Notes under the pieces: generated by a model
Databases searched by the model: none
Seen by the model: only the letters and a program-made list of their open reading frames with translations
What the model was told of the DNA's origin: nothing
In this document: one piece after another, positions 9,768 through 18,463 of the stretch
How the letters are laid out: each line of letters opens with the position of its first letter
Numbering within the stretch: position 1 is the stretch's first letter
DNA from: an uncultured delta proteobacterium
Lineage (GTDB): Bacteria; Myxococcota; Myxococcia; Myxococcales; Myxococcaceae
DNA length: 18,463 nucleotides
Assembly: GCA_963771175.1 (NCBI GenBank)
Contig: CAVYSY010000043.1
Span: 1-18,463, forward strand
Reading direction: 5' to 3'
Position numbers and translations under genes: made by a program

Positions 9768-10949
9768 TCAGGCGCGCGGCTCCCCGTCGTGCAGTGACCG
9801 TTCCGCGAGCACCCGGGCGGTGCGGTGCAGTCGCTCGGCGCCCATCCGCATCAGCGCGCCCTTCATTCCCGGCTGGCTGAAGATGTGTCGCTCGCACGCC
9901 GACCGGTCCAGCCGCAGCAGGACGCACGGAACGTCCGTCCGCACCATCGCCGTCACCGGCCTGTCCAGCAGCAGGGAGATCTCCCCGAAGACATCGCCCT
10001 CGCGCAGCTTCGGGTAGGTCGTCTCATGCCCGCCCGGGTGCACGTGGTAGGGCGTGCACCGGCCGCGCAGCAGCAGGTAGACGGCGTCTCCCATGTGCCC
10101 GGCGGTGAGCAGCACCTTGCCCGCCTCCACCCGCTGGAGCTGGAAGTCGCGCGCCACGGCCCGCTTCTGCTCGTAGCTCAGCAGGGAGAACATCGGGTGG
10201 GTGCGCAGCAGGTTGTCCACCGCGCGCTCCCGGTAGAAGGACTGCACCGCCAGCTCCACCAGCGGGTGCCGCCGGGACAGCTCCGCCATCCGCGTCCGCG
10301 TCAGCTCCAGCACCGTCGAGGGCGCCGTCACCTCCACGCTCGCCAGCCGGGGCGCCTCGGTGATGAGCGCCGTCTCCCCGAAGACGCCTCCCTCCACCAG
10401 CGGCAGCACCTCCTGGGGGGCCTCGGCCTCCCGCTTCAGCACGAGGTCCGCACGCCCCTCCACCATGAGGAACATCGACGTGCAGGGCTCGCCCGCCTGG
10501 GCCAGCGTCTGGCCCGCCACGTAGGTGCGCACCTCCATCGCCTCGAGCAGCGCGAGGAAGGCGTCGCGGTCCAGCTTGGAGAAGATGGGCACCGGCGCCG
10601 GGACCTCCCTGTCCGGGAGGAGCTCGAACTCGGCGGGTGCCGCGCCGCCCTCCACCGGGCGGGGAAACGACCCCGAGCGCTTCGTGTAGAGCTCCGCGAG
10701 CAGGGCCTGCGTCCGGGTGTGTCGCGGCTCGAGCCGCTGCAGGGCCTTGCAGGCCGCGATGGCCCGCAGGGGCCGACTGCCCAGGGCCCAGGCCTTCGCC
10801 AGCCCCTCGTAGCCCGCGGCGGCCTCCTCCGGACGGCCCTCCTGCTCGAGCTTCTGGAACTCGGCGAGCGCCACGTCCAGTCGCTCCCGGGCGGCGAGCT
10901 GCCCGGCCTTCTCCCGCTGCTGAAGAAGTCTCTCTGGCAGGTCCACCAT
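9768..10949 (-). CDS. Tandem cyclic nucleotide-binding domain protein with N-terminal TPR-like helices
   Basis: PIFSKL..GEPCTSMFLMVEG..FGETALITEAPRLASV and PMFSLL..GDAVYLLLRG..FGEISLLLDRPVTAMV; N-terminal RAIAACKALQRLEPRH. Confidence 0.9.
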   Translation of the reverse strand: MVDLPERLLQQREKAGQLAARERLDVALAEFQKLEQEGRPEEAAAGYEGLAKAWALGSRPLRAIAACKALQRLEPRHTRTQALLAELYTKRSGSFPRPVEGGAAPAEFELLPDREVPAPVPIFSKLDRDAFLALLEAMEVRTYVAGQTLAQAGEPCTSMFLMVEGRADLVLKREAEAPQEVLPLVEGGVFGETALITEAPRLASVEVTAPSTVLELTRTRMAELSRRHPLVELAVQSFYRERAVDNLLRTHPMFSLLSYEQKRAVARDFQLQRVEAGKVLLTAGHMGDAVYLLLRGRCTPYHVHPGGHETTYPKLREGDVFGEISLLLDRPVTAMVRTDVPCVLLRLDRSACERHIFSQPGMKGALMRMGAERLHRTARVLAERSLHDGEPRA

Positions 10950-11275
10950 CTGCGCTCACTCTCCCCAACGCCAGACACTACCATCCTTTCCTGGATTGCC
11001 TATTACCGTCAGGAGTCCAGGAACGGGACGGGTTGCCCGACGAGGGATGGAGCGGAGCTCCACGGAAGCGCCGTAGTCAGGGGGTCCAGGGGTTTGTACT
11101 TCCCCGGGAGTCCCGAGCGTCAGGCTCGGAACTTTCTTTCCCCGAAAGTGCTCGGAACCGGATGGTGTCCCTCGTACCGAGGGGCGTGAATCCTGGCGCC
11201 CCCTTCGGACGTCCTTAATTTCGGCCCTGCAAGCTGTCCCTTTGTCGGGGTGGTCGGGGGCCGGAAGGAGGGCGT

Positions 11276-13059
11276 GTGGGCGGACACCAGTCAGGTATCG
11301 AGGGCAGGTCCATTTCGCGGGCGGGGGGCGGCGCACGGCCTCCGGTGCTCTCCCCGCCTCGGTCCGAGGCGACTGCCGTCAGCGTCCAGTCCGCGCTGGG
11401 CTCGGTGCGCCCGGACGACATGGACGCCATCTTCGACGATGCGCTCTTCGGCGCATCGGCGGAGGCCATGACCGTGGAGGCCGCGCTCGTGGAGGCCGCG
11501 CCCGTGGCGGTGGGCTCCATGGAGTGGTTCCTGGAGCGGGACGCGCAGCCCGCGGGGCCGTTCCGCCTGGAGCGGCTGCGCGAGCTGTGGCACCACGGCG
11601 CGCTCGGCCCCGACACCCTCTGCTGGTGCGAGACCTGGTCCCAGTGGAGGCCGCTGTCGAGCGTGCCCGAGCTCGTGGCCGCGCTGACGGACGCGGGGCT
11701 GCCCACGGTGGCGGCCGGCGCGGCTCCAGCCCCGGCGAAGGAGGACGCGTCGACGGCGAAGGTCGTCTCCGCGCTCCCCTCGCTCGTCGCGGAGGAGGAG
11801 GCATGGATGCGCAAGGTTCAGGCTGAGAAGGAGGAGGCGAAGGAGGAGGCGCGCTCGGCGATGCTCGACACCTCGAGCGCTCCCGTCGCCGAGCCCGTGC
11901 TGCCTCCGCACTTCGCACCGCTGCCCGTGCCCGTGCCCGCGCCGCCCGTGGTGGCTCCGGTGCCCGTGGCTCCGGCCGTCATCCCCGCCCTGGTGATGCC
12001 CGAGGCTCCCGTGGCCCCCGAGCCCTCGCGGCGGGTGAAGGGGCTCGTGGTCGGCGCTCTGATGGGCGCCACGGCCGTGGGCCTCGCCATGGGGGCGTTG
12101 CTCCTCCTGCCGCGGCTCCGGAGCGCTCCGGAGCGGGTGCCCGAGGCCGCCGCGCAGCCGGTCGCCGTGGCCCCGGAGACGCCGCGAGAGGCCGCTCCCG
12201 TGCCGGTCGCCGCCACGCCGCCACCTCCCACGCAGGAGCCCGCTCCCGCCGCCCCGCGGCCGAGTGCGCCCGTGGTCGCGGCGGCTCCGGCGGTGCGCCC
12301 GCTCCGGCGGTGCAGCCCGCTCCGGCCGCGCCCCAGCCTCCTCCTCCGGCCCCGGTCGCGCCGGTGGTCGAGAAGCAGGAGGCCAAGGTCGTCACCGCCT
12401 CGGCGCAGGTGCCCGCTCCCGCCCCGTCCGAGCCGTCGCGGAAGGTCGCCGTGGCCGCGGTCACGCCCGTGGTGCGTGAGAAGCCCCAGGCCGTCGCGGA
12501 GGAGCGCATCGCGCGGGCCGCCGATTCGGCCCTCCAGCGTCGTTCGCAGCCGCCTCCCGCGCCCGTGCCCACGCCCACGCCCAAGCCCGTGTCCTTGCCC
12601 AGGGTGGGTAAGGCGGTGGCGGACGACACCCCGGCCGCGGACCCGACCAACTTCGACGACTCGCTCGACAAGGAGTTCGAGAAGGAGCTCTTCTCGGGCC
12701 CCAAGTCGGAGGATTCGCGCTCCAAGCGCACCGTCTACCTCCCGCCCGAGCCCGGCAAGGAGCTGCCCGAGTCCCTCTCCACCTCGGACGTCATGCAGGT
12801 GGTGGGCTCGCACAAGGACGGCATCGTCTCCTGCCTCGAGGCGCACGAGCCCCCGCGCGACCCGGACACCGACAAGGGCCGCTTCGTGTTGCGCTGGCGC
12901 GTCCAGCCGAGTGGCACGGCCTCCGAGGTCCTCATGGAGACCGAGTCTCTCAAGGGCACGCCGTTCGCCCGCTGCATGGAGGCGCAGGTGCGCTCGTGGA
13001 AGTTCCCGCGGCACCGCGTGCAGAGCCGCGAGCCGGTGCGCTTCCCGTTCACGTACTGA
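11276..13059 (+). CDS. GYF_2 (DUF4339) domain, TM helix, Pro/Ala-rich linker and AgmX/PglI-type (TonB-C-like) C-terminal domain; one frameshift near 12300-12310
   Basis: EWFLERDAQPAGPFRLERLRELWHHGALGPDTLCWCETWSQWRPLSSVPEL; TM GLVVGALMGATAVGLAMGALLLL; C-terminus PESLSTSDVMQVVGSHKDGIVSC..GRFVLRWRVQPSG..FARCMEAQVRSWKFP..PVRFPFTY. Start uncertain. Confidence 0.85.
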
Positions 13060-13065
13060 GCGGGC

Positions 13066-14037
13066 TCAGCGCGCGGCGAGCTGGGCGGCCTTGAGCAGCG
13101 CTTCCACCATGGGAACGCTGCTCGCCTTGCCCGTGCCGGCGATGCCGTAGGCCGTGCCGTGGTCCGGCGACGTCCGCGGCACGGGCAGCCCGAGCGTCAC
13201 GTTCACCGTGCGCTCGAAGTCCAGGGCCTTGGCCGGGATGAGTCCCTGGTCGTGGTACATCGCCAGCACCACGTCGTAGGGGAAGTGCTCCACCTGGGCG
13301 AAGAGCCCGTCGGCCGCCAGGGGCCCGTGCGCGTCCACCCGCAGCTTGCGCGCGCGCTTGATGGCCGGTGTGAGGACCTCCACCTCCTCGCGCCCCAGCA
13401 GCCCGCCCTCGCCCGCGTGCGGGTTGAAGCTCAGCACGCCGATGCGAGGCGCCCGGCCCACCACCGGCTTCAGGCTCCGCGACAGCAGTTGGAGCTGGCC
13501 CACCAGCCGCTCCACCGTCAGCAGCCGGGAGACTTCCACCAGCGGCACGTGGTTCGTCGCCAGCGCCACCCGCACCCGCGGGCCGTCCATGAGCATCAGC
13601 ACCTCGCGGCCGAACGCCTCGGCCAGCACCTCGGTGTGCCCCATGAAAGGAATCCCCGCGCGCGAAATCTGCTCCTTCGACACGGGGGCCGTGCAGAGCG
13701 CGTCCACCTTGCCGGCTCGCGCCGCCCCGATGGCCGCCTGGATATAGCCGTACTGGGCCTTGCCGCCCGCTCGCGTGGGCTTGCCGGGGGCCCGGTCCTT
13801 CTCGGCCAGCTCCGTCACCACGCAGACCGTGGGCCCCGTCACCCGGGCCAGCGTGTCCGGCGTGGCGCGGGCGTACTTCTGGAAGAGGGGGAAGCGCTCC
13901 AGCGTGGGCCCGTCTCCGAAGACGACGGGCGTCAGGGCCCGGCGCACCTTCGGCGAGGCGAGCGCCCGCGCGGTGACCTCGGGGCCGATTCCAGACACGT
14001 CTCCCAACGAGATGCCGACGACGGGACGCTCGCTCAC
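13066..14037 (-). CDS. pdxA: 4-hydroxythreonine-4-phosphate dehydrogenase
   Basis: GDVSGIGPEV, TAPVSKE, GHTEVLA, ALATNHVPL, NPHAGEGGLLGREE, AMYHDQGLIPAK, NVTLGLPVPRTSPDHGTAYGIAG. Confidence 0.97.
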   Translation of the reverse strand: MSERPVVGISLGDVSGIGPEVTARALASPKVRRALTPVVFGDGPTLERFPLFQKYARATPDTLARVTGPTVCVVTELAEKDRAPGKPTRAGGKAQYGYIQAAIGAARAGKVDALCTAPVSKEQISRAGIPFMGHTEVLAEAFGREVLMLMDGPRVRVALATNHVPLVEVSRLLTVERLVGQLQLLSRSLKPVVGRAPRIGVLSFNPHAGEGGLLGREEVEVLTPAIKRARKLRVDAHGPLAADGLFAQVEHFPYDVVLAMYHDQGLIPAKALDFERTVNVTLGLPVPRTSPDHGTAYGIAGTGKASSVPMVEALLKAAQLAAR

Positions 14038-14062
14038 GCGCTACCCCCTCCCAGTGGGGCGC

Positions 14063-15034
14063 TCAGATCTTCACTTCGACCGAGGCTTTCTGCCGCAGCT
14101 CCTGCACGTACTGCTCGACGAACTTCTCCGTCTTCTGCATCTTCAGCTTCGACTCCAGCTCGCCCTTCACCTGCTCGAAGGGAGCCACGTCCACCGCGCG
14201 CCGCTCCTCCACCTTCAGCACGTGCCAGCCGAACTGCGTGCGCACCGGCTCGCTCACGCCGCCCTCCGGCAGCGCGAAGGCCACTCGCTCGAACGCGGGC
14301 ACCATCACCCCGCGCCGGAAGAAGCCCAGGTCCCCGCCATCCGCGGCGCTCGGGCCCTCGCTCTTCGCCTTGGCCAGCTCCGCGAAGTCCACGCCCGGCT
14401 TGCGCGCCTCCTCCACCAGTGTCTCCGCCTTCTTGCGCGCCGCCTCCACCTGCTCCGGCTTCGCGTTCGGGTCCACCTGCACGAGGATGTGGCGCGCATG
14501 GACCTCGGCGTCGCCCGACTCCAGCTTGGTGTACTGGGTGTAGGCCGACTTCAGGTCCTCCTCGGACACCTTCACCTTCGGGCTCACCTTCATCTGCACC
14601 AGCTTCATGCGCCCCATCTGCTTGCGCAGGAACTCCTTGTAGGCCTGCACGGTGAAGCCCTCGCCGGCCAGCAGTCGCTCGAACTGGGCGTCCTCGGTGG
14701 CGTTGTTCTGCCGGCGCACGTCGGCGATGGCCGCCTCGAGCTCCGCGTCCGTCACGCCCAGGCCCAGCTCTTGAATCTGCTCCTCCATCAGCTTCTCGCC
14801 GATGAGAGCGTCCAGCGAGGCCTTGAGCAGCCGCGTCCGCTCCTCGGCCCGCTTCTGCGGATCCCTCACCGCGCTGTTGAGCCGCGCCATCTCCGGCGCC
14901 GCGCGCTTCTCCACCTCGGACAGCGCGATGACGTCGCGGTTCACCACCGCCGCCACCCGGTCCACCAACTCCGCCCGCGCCACCGCGCCGCTCAAGAGCA
15001 GCGCCGCCACCATCGTCCCGATCAGCTTCTTCAT
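14063..15034 (-). CDS. surA: SurA-like periplasmic chaperone/parvulin PPIase
   Basis: Signal peptide, VDRVAAVVNRDVIALSEV, HARHILV, FAELAKAKSEGPSAADGGDLGFF, GVSEPVRTQFGWHVLKV; directly upstream of pdxA. Confidence 0.88.
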   Translation of the reverse strand: MKKLIGTMVAALLLSGAVARAELVDRVAAVVNRDVIALSEVEKRAAPEMARLNSAVRDPQKRAEERTRLLKASLDALIGEKLMEEQIQELGLGVTDAELEAAIADVRRQNNATEDAQFERLLAGEGFTVQAYKEFLRKQMGRMKLVQMKVSPKVKVSEEDLKSAYTQYTKLESGDAEVHARHILVQVDPNAKPEQVEAARKKAETLVEEARKPGVDFAELAKAKSEGPSAADGGDLGFFRRGVMVPAFERVAFALPEGGVSEPVRTQFGWHVLKVEERRAVDVAPFEQVKGELESKLKMQKTEKFVEQYVQELRQKASVEVKI

Positions 15035-15068
15035 GTCCTTCCTCTTTCCGTGCCCTCGATGGGGACGA

Positions 15069-16061
15069 CTATTGCTTCGCCGCCGGCTGGGTCGCCGGCC
15101 GCCCGCGGATGGACTGCAGCGTGGCCTCGTTCACCCACACCTTGGCCTTCGCCCGCAGCTCCTGCTCGTATTTCGCCTGCGCCTCCGCCCGCCGCTGCGC
15201 CAGCAGCTTGCTCTCCACCTGGGCGCGCACCTCGGTGAAGTCCAGCTTGCGCCCCGCCCGCTTTTCCAGCACCCGGAACAGGTGGTAGCCGTACTCCGTT
15301 TCCACCACGTCGGACACCTGGCCGGGCGACATCCGGAACACCACCTCGTCGAAGGCCGGCGGCATCTGCCCGCGAGGGAAGAAGCCCAGGTCGCCCCCCA
15401 CCTTGGCGTCCGCGCTCAGCGAGTGGCGGCGTGCCAGGTCGGCGAACTTCTTGCCTGACTTGAGCAGCGCCTGCACCTTGCGCGCGTCGTCCATCCCCTT
15501 CACCACGATTTGAGCGGCGCGCACCTGCTCGGGCTCCACGTACTCCGCCTCGTGCGCCGCGAAGTAGCCGCGCAGCTCCTCCTCCGTCAGCGCCACGCGC
15601 GTGTACACCTCGCTGGCGAAGAGCTTCTCGATGATGAGCCGGGCCGACTCGCGCGCCTTCAACTCCGCCATGGAGAGCTGCCCCTGGGCCAGCACCTCGT
15701 TGAAGTTGCCCGCCGGGTAGTCACTCGACAGCCGCAGCACCCCCCGGTCCACCTCCTCGGGCGTCACCGTGACGTTGTGCGTCCGGGCCTCCTGCAGCAG
15801 CACCATGCGGGAGATGAGCGTGTCCAGCAGCGCTCGCTTGAAGGGCTCCACCTCCTCCGGCGTGCGCTGGGGGGCCTCGGTGGAGGCGAGCTCGCGGCCC
15901 AGCTCCAGCTCGAAGTCCGCGCGGGCGAGCACCTCGCCATTCACCGTGGCGACCACGTTGGCGTCCGGGTCCTCCTTGTCCTTCTTGGGGCAGCCGGCCA
16001 GGCCCACCGCGAGCGCCAGGGTGGCGAGCAGCGGGGTGGCGCGGACGAAGGCACGGCGCAT
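15069..16061 (-). CDS. Parvulin-type PPIase lipoprotein (SurA_N/PrsA-like foldase)
   Basis: Probable ATG at 16061; lipobox LAGC; VVATVNGE, FADLARRHS..GGDLGFFPRGQMPPAFDEVVF..VETEYGYHLF. Confidence 0.9.
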   Translation of the reverse strand: MRRAFVRATPLLATLALAVGLAGCPKKDKEDPDANVVATVNGEVLARADFELELGRELASTEAPQRTPEEVEPFKRALLDTLISRMVLLQEARTHNVTVTPEEVDRGVLRLSSDYPAGNFNEVLAQGQLSMAELKARESARLIIEKLFASEVYTRVALTEEELRGYFAAHEAEYVEPEQVRAAQIVVKGMDDARKVQALLKSGKKFADLARRHSLSADAKVGGDLGFFPRGQMPPAFDEVVFRMSPGQVSDVVETEYGYHLFRVLEKRAGRKLDFTEVRAQVESKLLAQRRAEAQAKYEQELRAKAKVWVNEATLQSIRGRPATQPAAKQ

Positions 16062-16084
16062 GGAGGGGCTCCTCTGGTGGAGGG

Positions 16085-17121
16085 TCACGGTTGGCCCACC
16101 GGGGCGGAAGGGAAAGGGGAGGGCGCGGGCATGGTGCCGGGCGGTGGACCGCTCGGGGGCAGCATGGGGGCGCTCATGTCCACGTGGACGCGCGAGAGCG
16201 CCGCGGTGTCCACGGTGAAGCCGGCGCGGCGCTCCAGCCCGGAGAGCAGCTCCGACCGGCCTGGGTGCGCTTCTCGTTGGCGAGCCGGCCGGCAATCTGC
16301 TGACGCACGTCCTCGAGCTTCAGGTTCAACGCGTCCTGGTGGCCGGTGAGCTGCAGCACGTGCAGCCCCGCGTCCGTTCGCACCACGCCGCTGAGCGCGC
16401 CCGGGCCGCTGGCGACGAGCGCGCGTGCGGCCTCGGCCACCTCGGGCCCGAAGTCCTGGGCGAGCACCTCGAGGGAGCGGTAGCGCAGGTCCCCATCCAG
16501 CGGCTGCGTGCGCGGCTCCTCGCTGTGGGCCCGTGCCAGTCGCCCGAAGGCGGCGAAGTCCTTGGCGGGCAGGGCCTTCGCGTCGGCGAGCAGCTTCTCC
16601 GCCTGGGCGCGCGCCGCCGTCTCGCGGGCCGCGTCCGTCCGGGGGGCCGCCAGGAAGATGTGCGAGAGGCGCACCTGCTCCGGTCTCACGTAGTCCTCCT
16701 TCTGGCGCTCGTAGTACGCGGTCACCTCCGCGTCCGAGACGGGAGGCTGGGCCTCGTCGAGCTGTGCGCGCATCAGCCGCGTCACCAGCGCCCGCTTGGT
16801 GCTGGCCACCACCTCCGGGTCGTTCTGCAGCCCGCGCGCGAGCGCCTCCTGCACCAGCAGTTCGAAGCGCGCCAGGCCTTCCACGTACTCGCGCTTCTGC
16901 TCCAGCGTCTGGTAGCGCGCGCGCAGCGCGGGGCTCATCTCCTCCAGGCGGCGCTTCAGCTCCTCGGCCGTCACCTGGTCCGCCTTCCAGGAGGCCACCG
17001 CCGGGCCGCTCGGCTGGCGCTCATGGCGGAAGTCCACCACGGCGTGGCCCGGCGCGGGGCGGCGCTCGCAGCCCATGAGGGTCAGGAGGGCGAGGGCGAG
17101 GAAGCGGGAGGCTGGGGACAT
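16085..17121 (-). CDS. Parvulin-type PPIase lipoprotein; frameshift near 16258
   Basis: Lipobox-like LMGC; PEQVRLSHIFL, FGRLARAHSEE..DGDL, VVRTDAGLHVLQL. The shifted frame continues SELLSGLERRAGFTVD..PVGQP* to a stop at 16085. Confidence 0.87.
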
Positions 17122-18200
17122 GGCGTGCGGGCCCGTGGGGTAGCACGCCGGGGGGGAGCGGACAACCGGGCGGCCCCTGGGGCCTCAGGGGCGAGCGCGT
17201 GCGCGGACAGGAACGCCTCCACCAGCGGGAAGATTTCGTCCGGTGCCCGACGCCCGAGCACCAGGTCCGCATGCCCGTAGTCCTCGGCGAAGCCATGGCC
17301 GCGCCCGGCCACCACCAGCTTCACCGGCCCGCCGAGGTGCTCCTGGGCCCGCGCCACGGCCAGCGGCGGGGCGAGCAGGTCCTTGCTCCCCGCGATGAGC
17401 ATCACGGGCAGGCGCACCCCGGCCAGTGGCTTGCGGTAGCAGGTGCCGTCCGCCATGCAGAAGGAGTCGGTGGTAATCCAGTGGGCGAACTGACGCACCA
17501 CGCCGCCGTAGACGTCCTCGTGGGCACGTTGGCCATGGCCTTGCGCACCACGTCCGGCTCCATGTTGGAGGTCAGCATCATGTAGCGGGTGAGCGGCCCT
17601 GGCGGCGCGCCGAAGAGGGCGATGCCGGTAATCCGCCGGGTGGGAATCATCTTCAGCCGCAGCAGCGGCTCGAGCCGCTGGATGAAGTGCTTGAGGCCCG
17701 GCTGCACCGCGAAGGAGAAGGGGCTGCCCATGGCCACCGCGGCCGGCACCGGCGCCTGCGGGTTTCGCGCCAGATGGCCGTAGAGGGTGAGGCCTCCCTT
17801 GGAATGACCCACCCAGAGCACTTGCTTCGCCCCGGTGGAGAGGACGGTACGCAGCGCACAACGGACGTCGTGCTCGGCCTGGTCATCGAAGGAGGCGTCG
17901 CCGCACGGGCCGGCGAGCCCCCGGCCGCGCAGCGCCAGCACCCACGCCTCGAAGCCCGCGCGGGCCAGGTAGCGCGCCAGGCTGTAGCGCTCGTCGAAGT
18001 CCATGTGGAACCGGTTGGCGCCCAGGCCGTGGCAAAGGATGACCGGCTCGGCGTGCCGGCGTTCTCCTCGGGGGTGGTAGCGCCCCAGGGCGATGGCCGC
18101 CCCGTCATCGGTGGGCACCCGGTACAGCTCGTCCGGACGGAAGGGCAGGGTGGCAATCCTTCTCCGTCTGACTTACAGCCCGGGAGAAAAGATCTGCCAT
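17082..18200 (-). CDS. Alpha/beta-fold hydrolase; frameshifts near 18165 and 17520, both ends uncertain
   Basis: PVILCHGLGANRFHMD, nucleophile elbow WVGHSKGG, PVMLIAGSKDLLAP, DYGHADLVLG. Possible ATG at 18200 (MADLFSRAV..). Confidence 0.88.
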
Positions 18201-18463
18201 TCGCGTCAGTCGGGGCCCATTTCGGTTCGTCACGACCGGAATCTAATGTCCCGGGTGGCGAGTGCCGCGTTGAAAAATCTGGCGCACCCACATGTCGGCC
18301 GGGCGGTTGCAAGGGTCTTATCTCGTTCAATCCGGGAGGCTCGTGGATGCGGCAAAGCCCGACACTTGCGGAAACGTTGTCATCGACAAAAAAGGGTGCC
18401 CTTCTTCCCACCGACACCCTCCTGCGTGCCGCGAGTGATGGAGCAGCGGGGCGTCTGGCTGCT

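Noticed and set aside
11128..11156. Possible ECF sigma promoter GGAACTT-N17-TCGGA with nearby CCGAGC/GCTCGG palindrome
   Set aside because: Spacer and -10 match are imperfect; not supportable without TSS data.
9825..11189. Long alternative ORFs over the cNMP gene (similar ones overlie pdxA, surA and the PPIases)
   Set aside because: Shadow frames of well-supported genes with Arg/Pro/Ala-biased, motif-free translations.
11880..12600. Pro/Ala/Val-rich repetitive DNA
   Set aside because: Low-complexity coding linker, not a discrete repeat element.
12295..17525. Frameshifts near 12305, 16258 and 17520 as programmed frameshifting or pseudogenes
   Set aside because: No slippery heptamers seen, domains are intact on both sides, and indels occur throughout the window, so sequencing error is more likely.
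18377..18389. TTGTC-ATC-GACAA palindrome as an operator
   Set aside because: Only 5-bp arms, single copy, and the downstream context lies outside the window.

Overview
High-GC window that looks like a myxobacterium (Cystobacterineae/Archangiaceae-like, inferred from gene content). Scattered single-base indels split several genes and are probably long-read consensus errors. The left ~6.9 kb is an accessory conflict island. It holds a type I restriction-modification pair on the - strand (hsdM with an unusual N-terminal SAP-like extension, then a lower-GC hsdS running off the window edge). Divergent from it are two toxin-immunity-type cassettes on the + strand: (1) a SitA5-family lipoprotein with a putative restriction-endonuclease-fold C-terminus plus a pentapeptide-like partner, and (2) a small Cys-rich signal-peptide protein with an AHH/HNH-like His motif plus an overlapping CxxC-containing Imm11/SitI6-like gene. 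A 108-bp diverged repeat of the toxin/immunity junction and a 27-bp repeat upstream of both cassettes record cassette shuffling. The rest looks like core genome: DUF72, an HPF/RaiA gene with a sigma54 promoter and tandem enhancer-like boxes, a PhcB-like SAM methyltransferase, a tandem cNMP-binding protein, a GYF_2/AgmX-type membrane protein, and an alpha/beta hydrolase - 3 parvulin PPIases (including surA) - pdxA operon. All family assignments come from motif recognition by eye; no searches were run.
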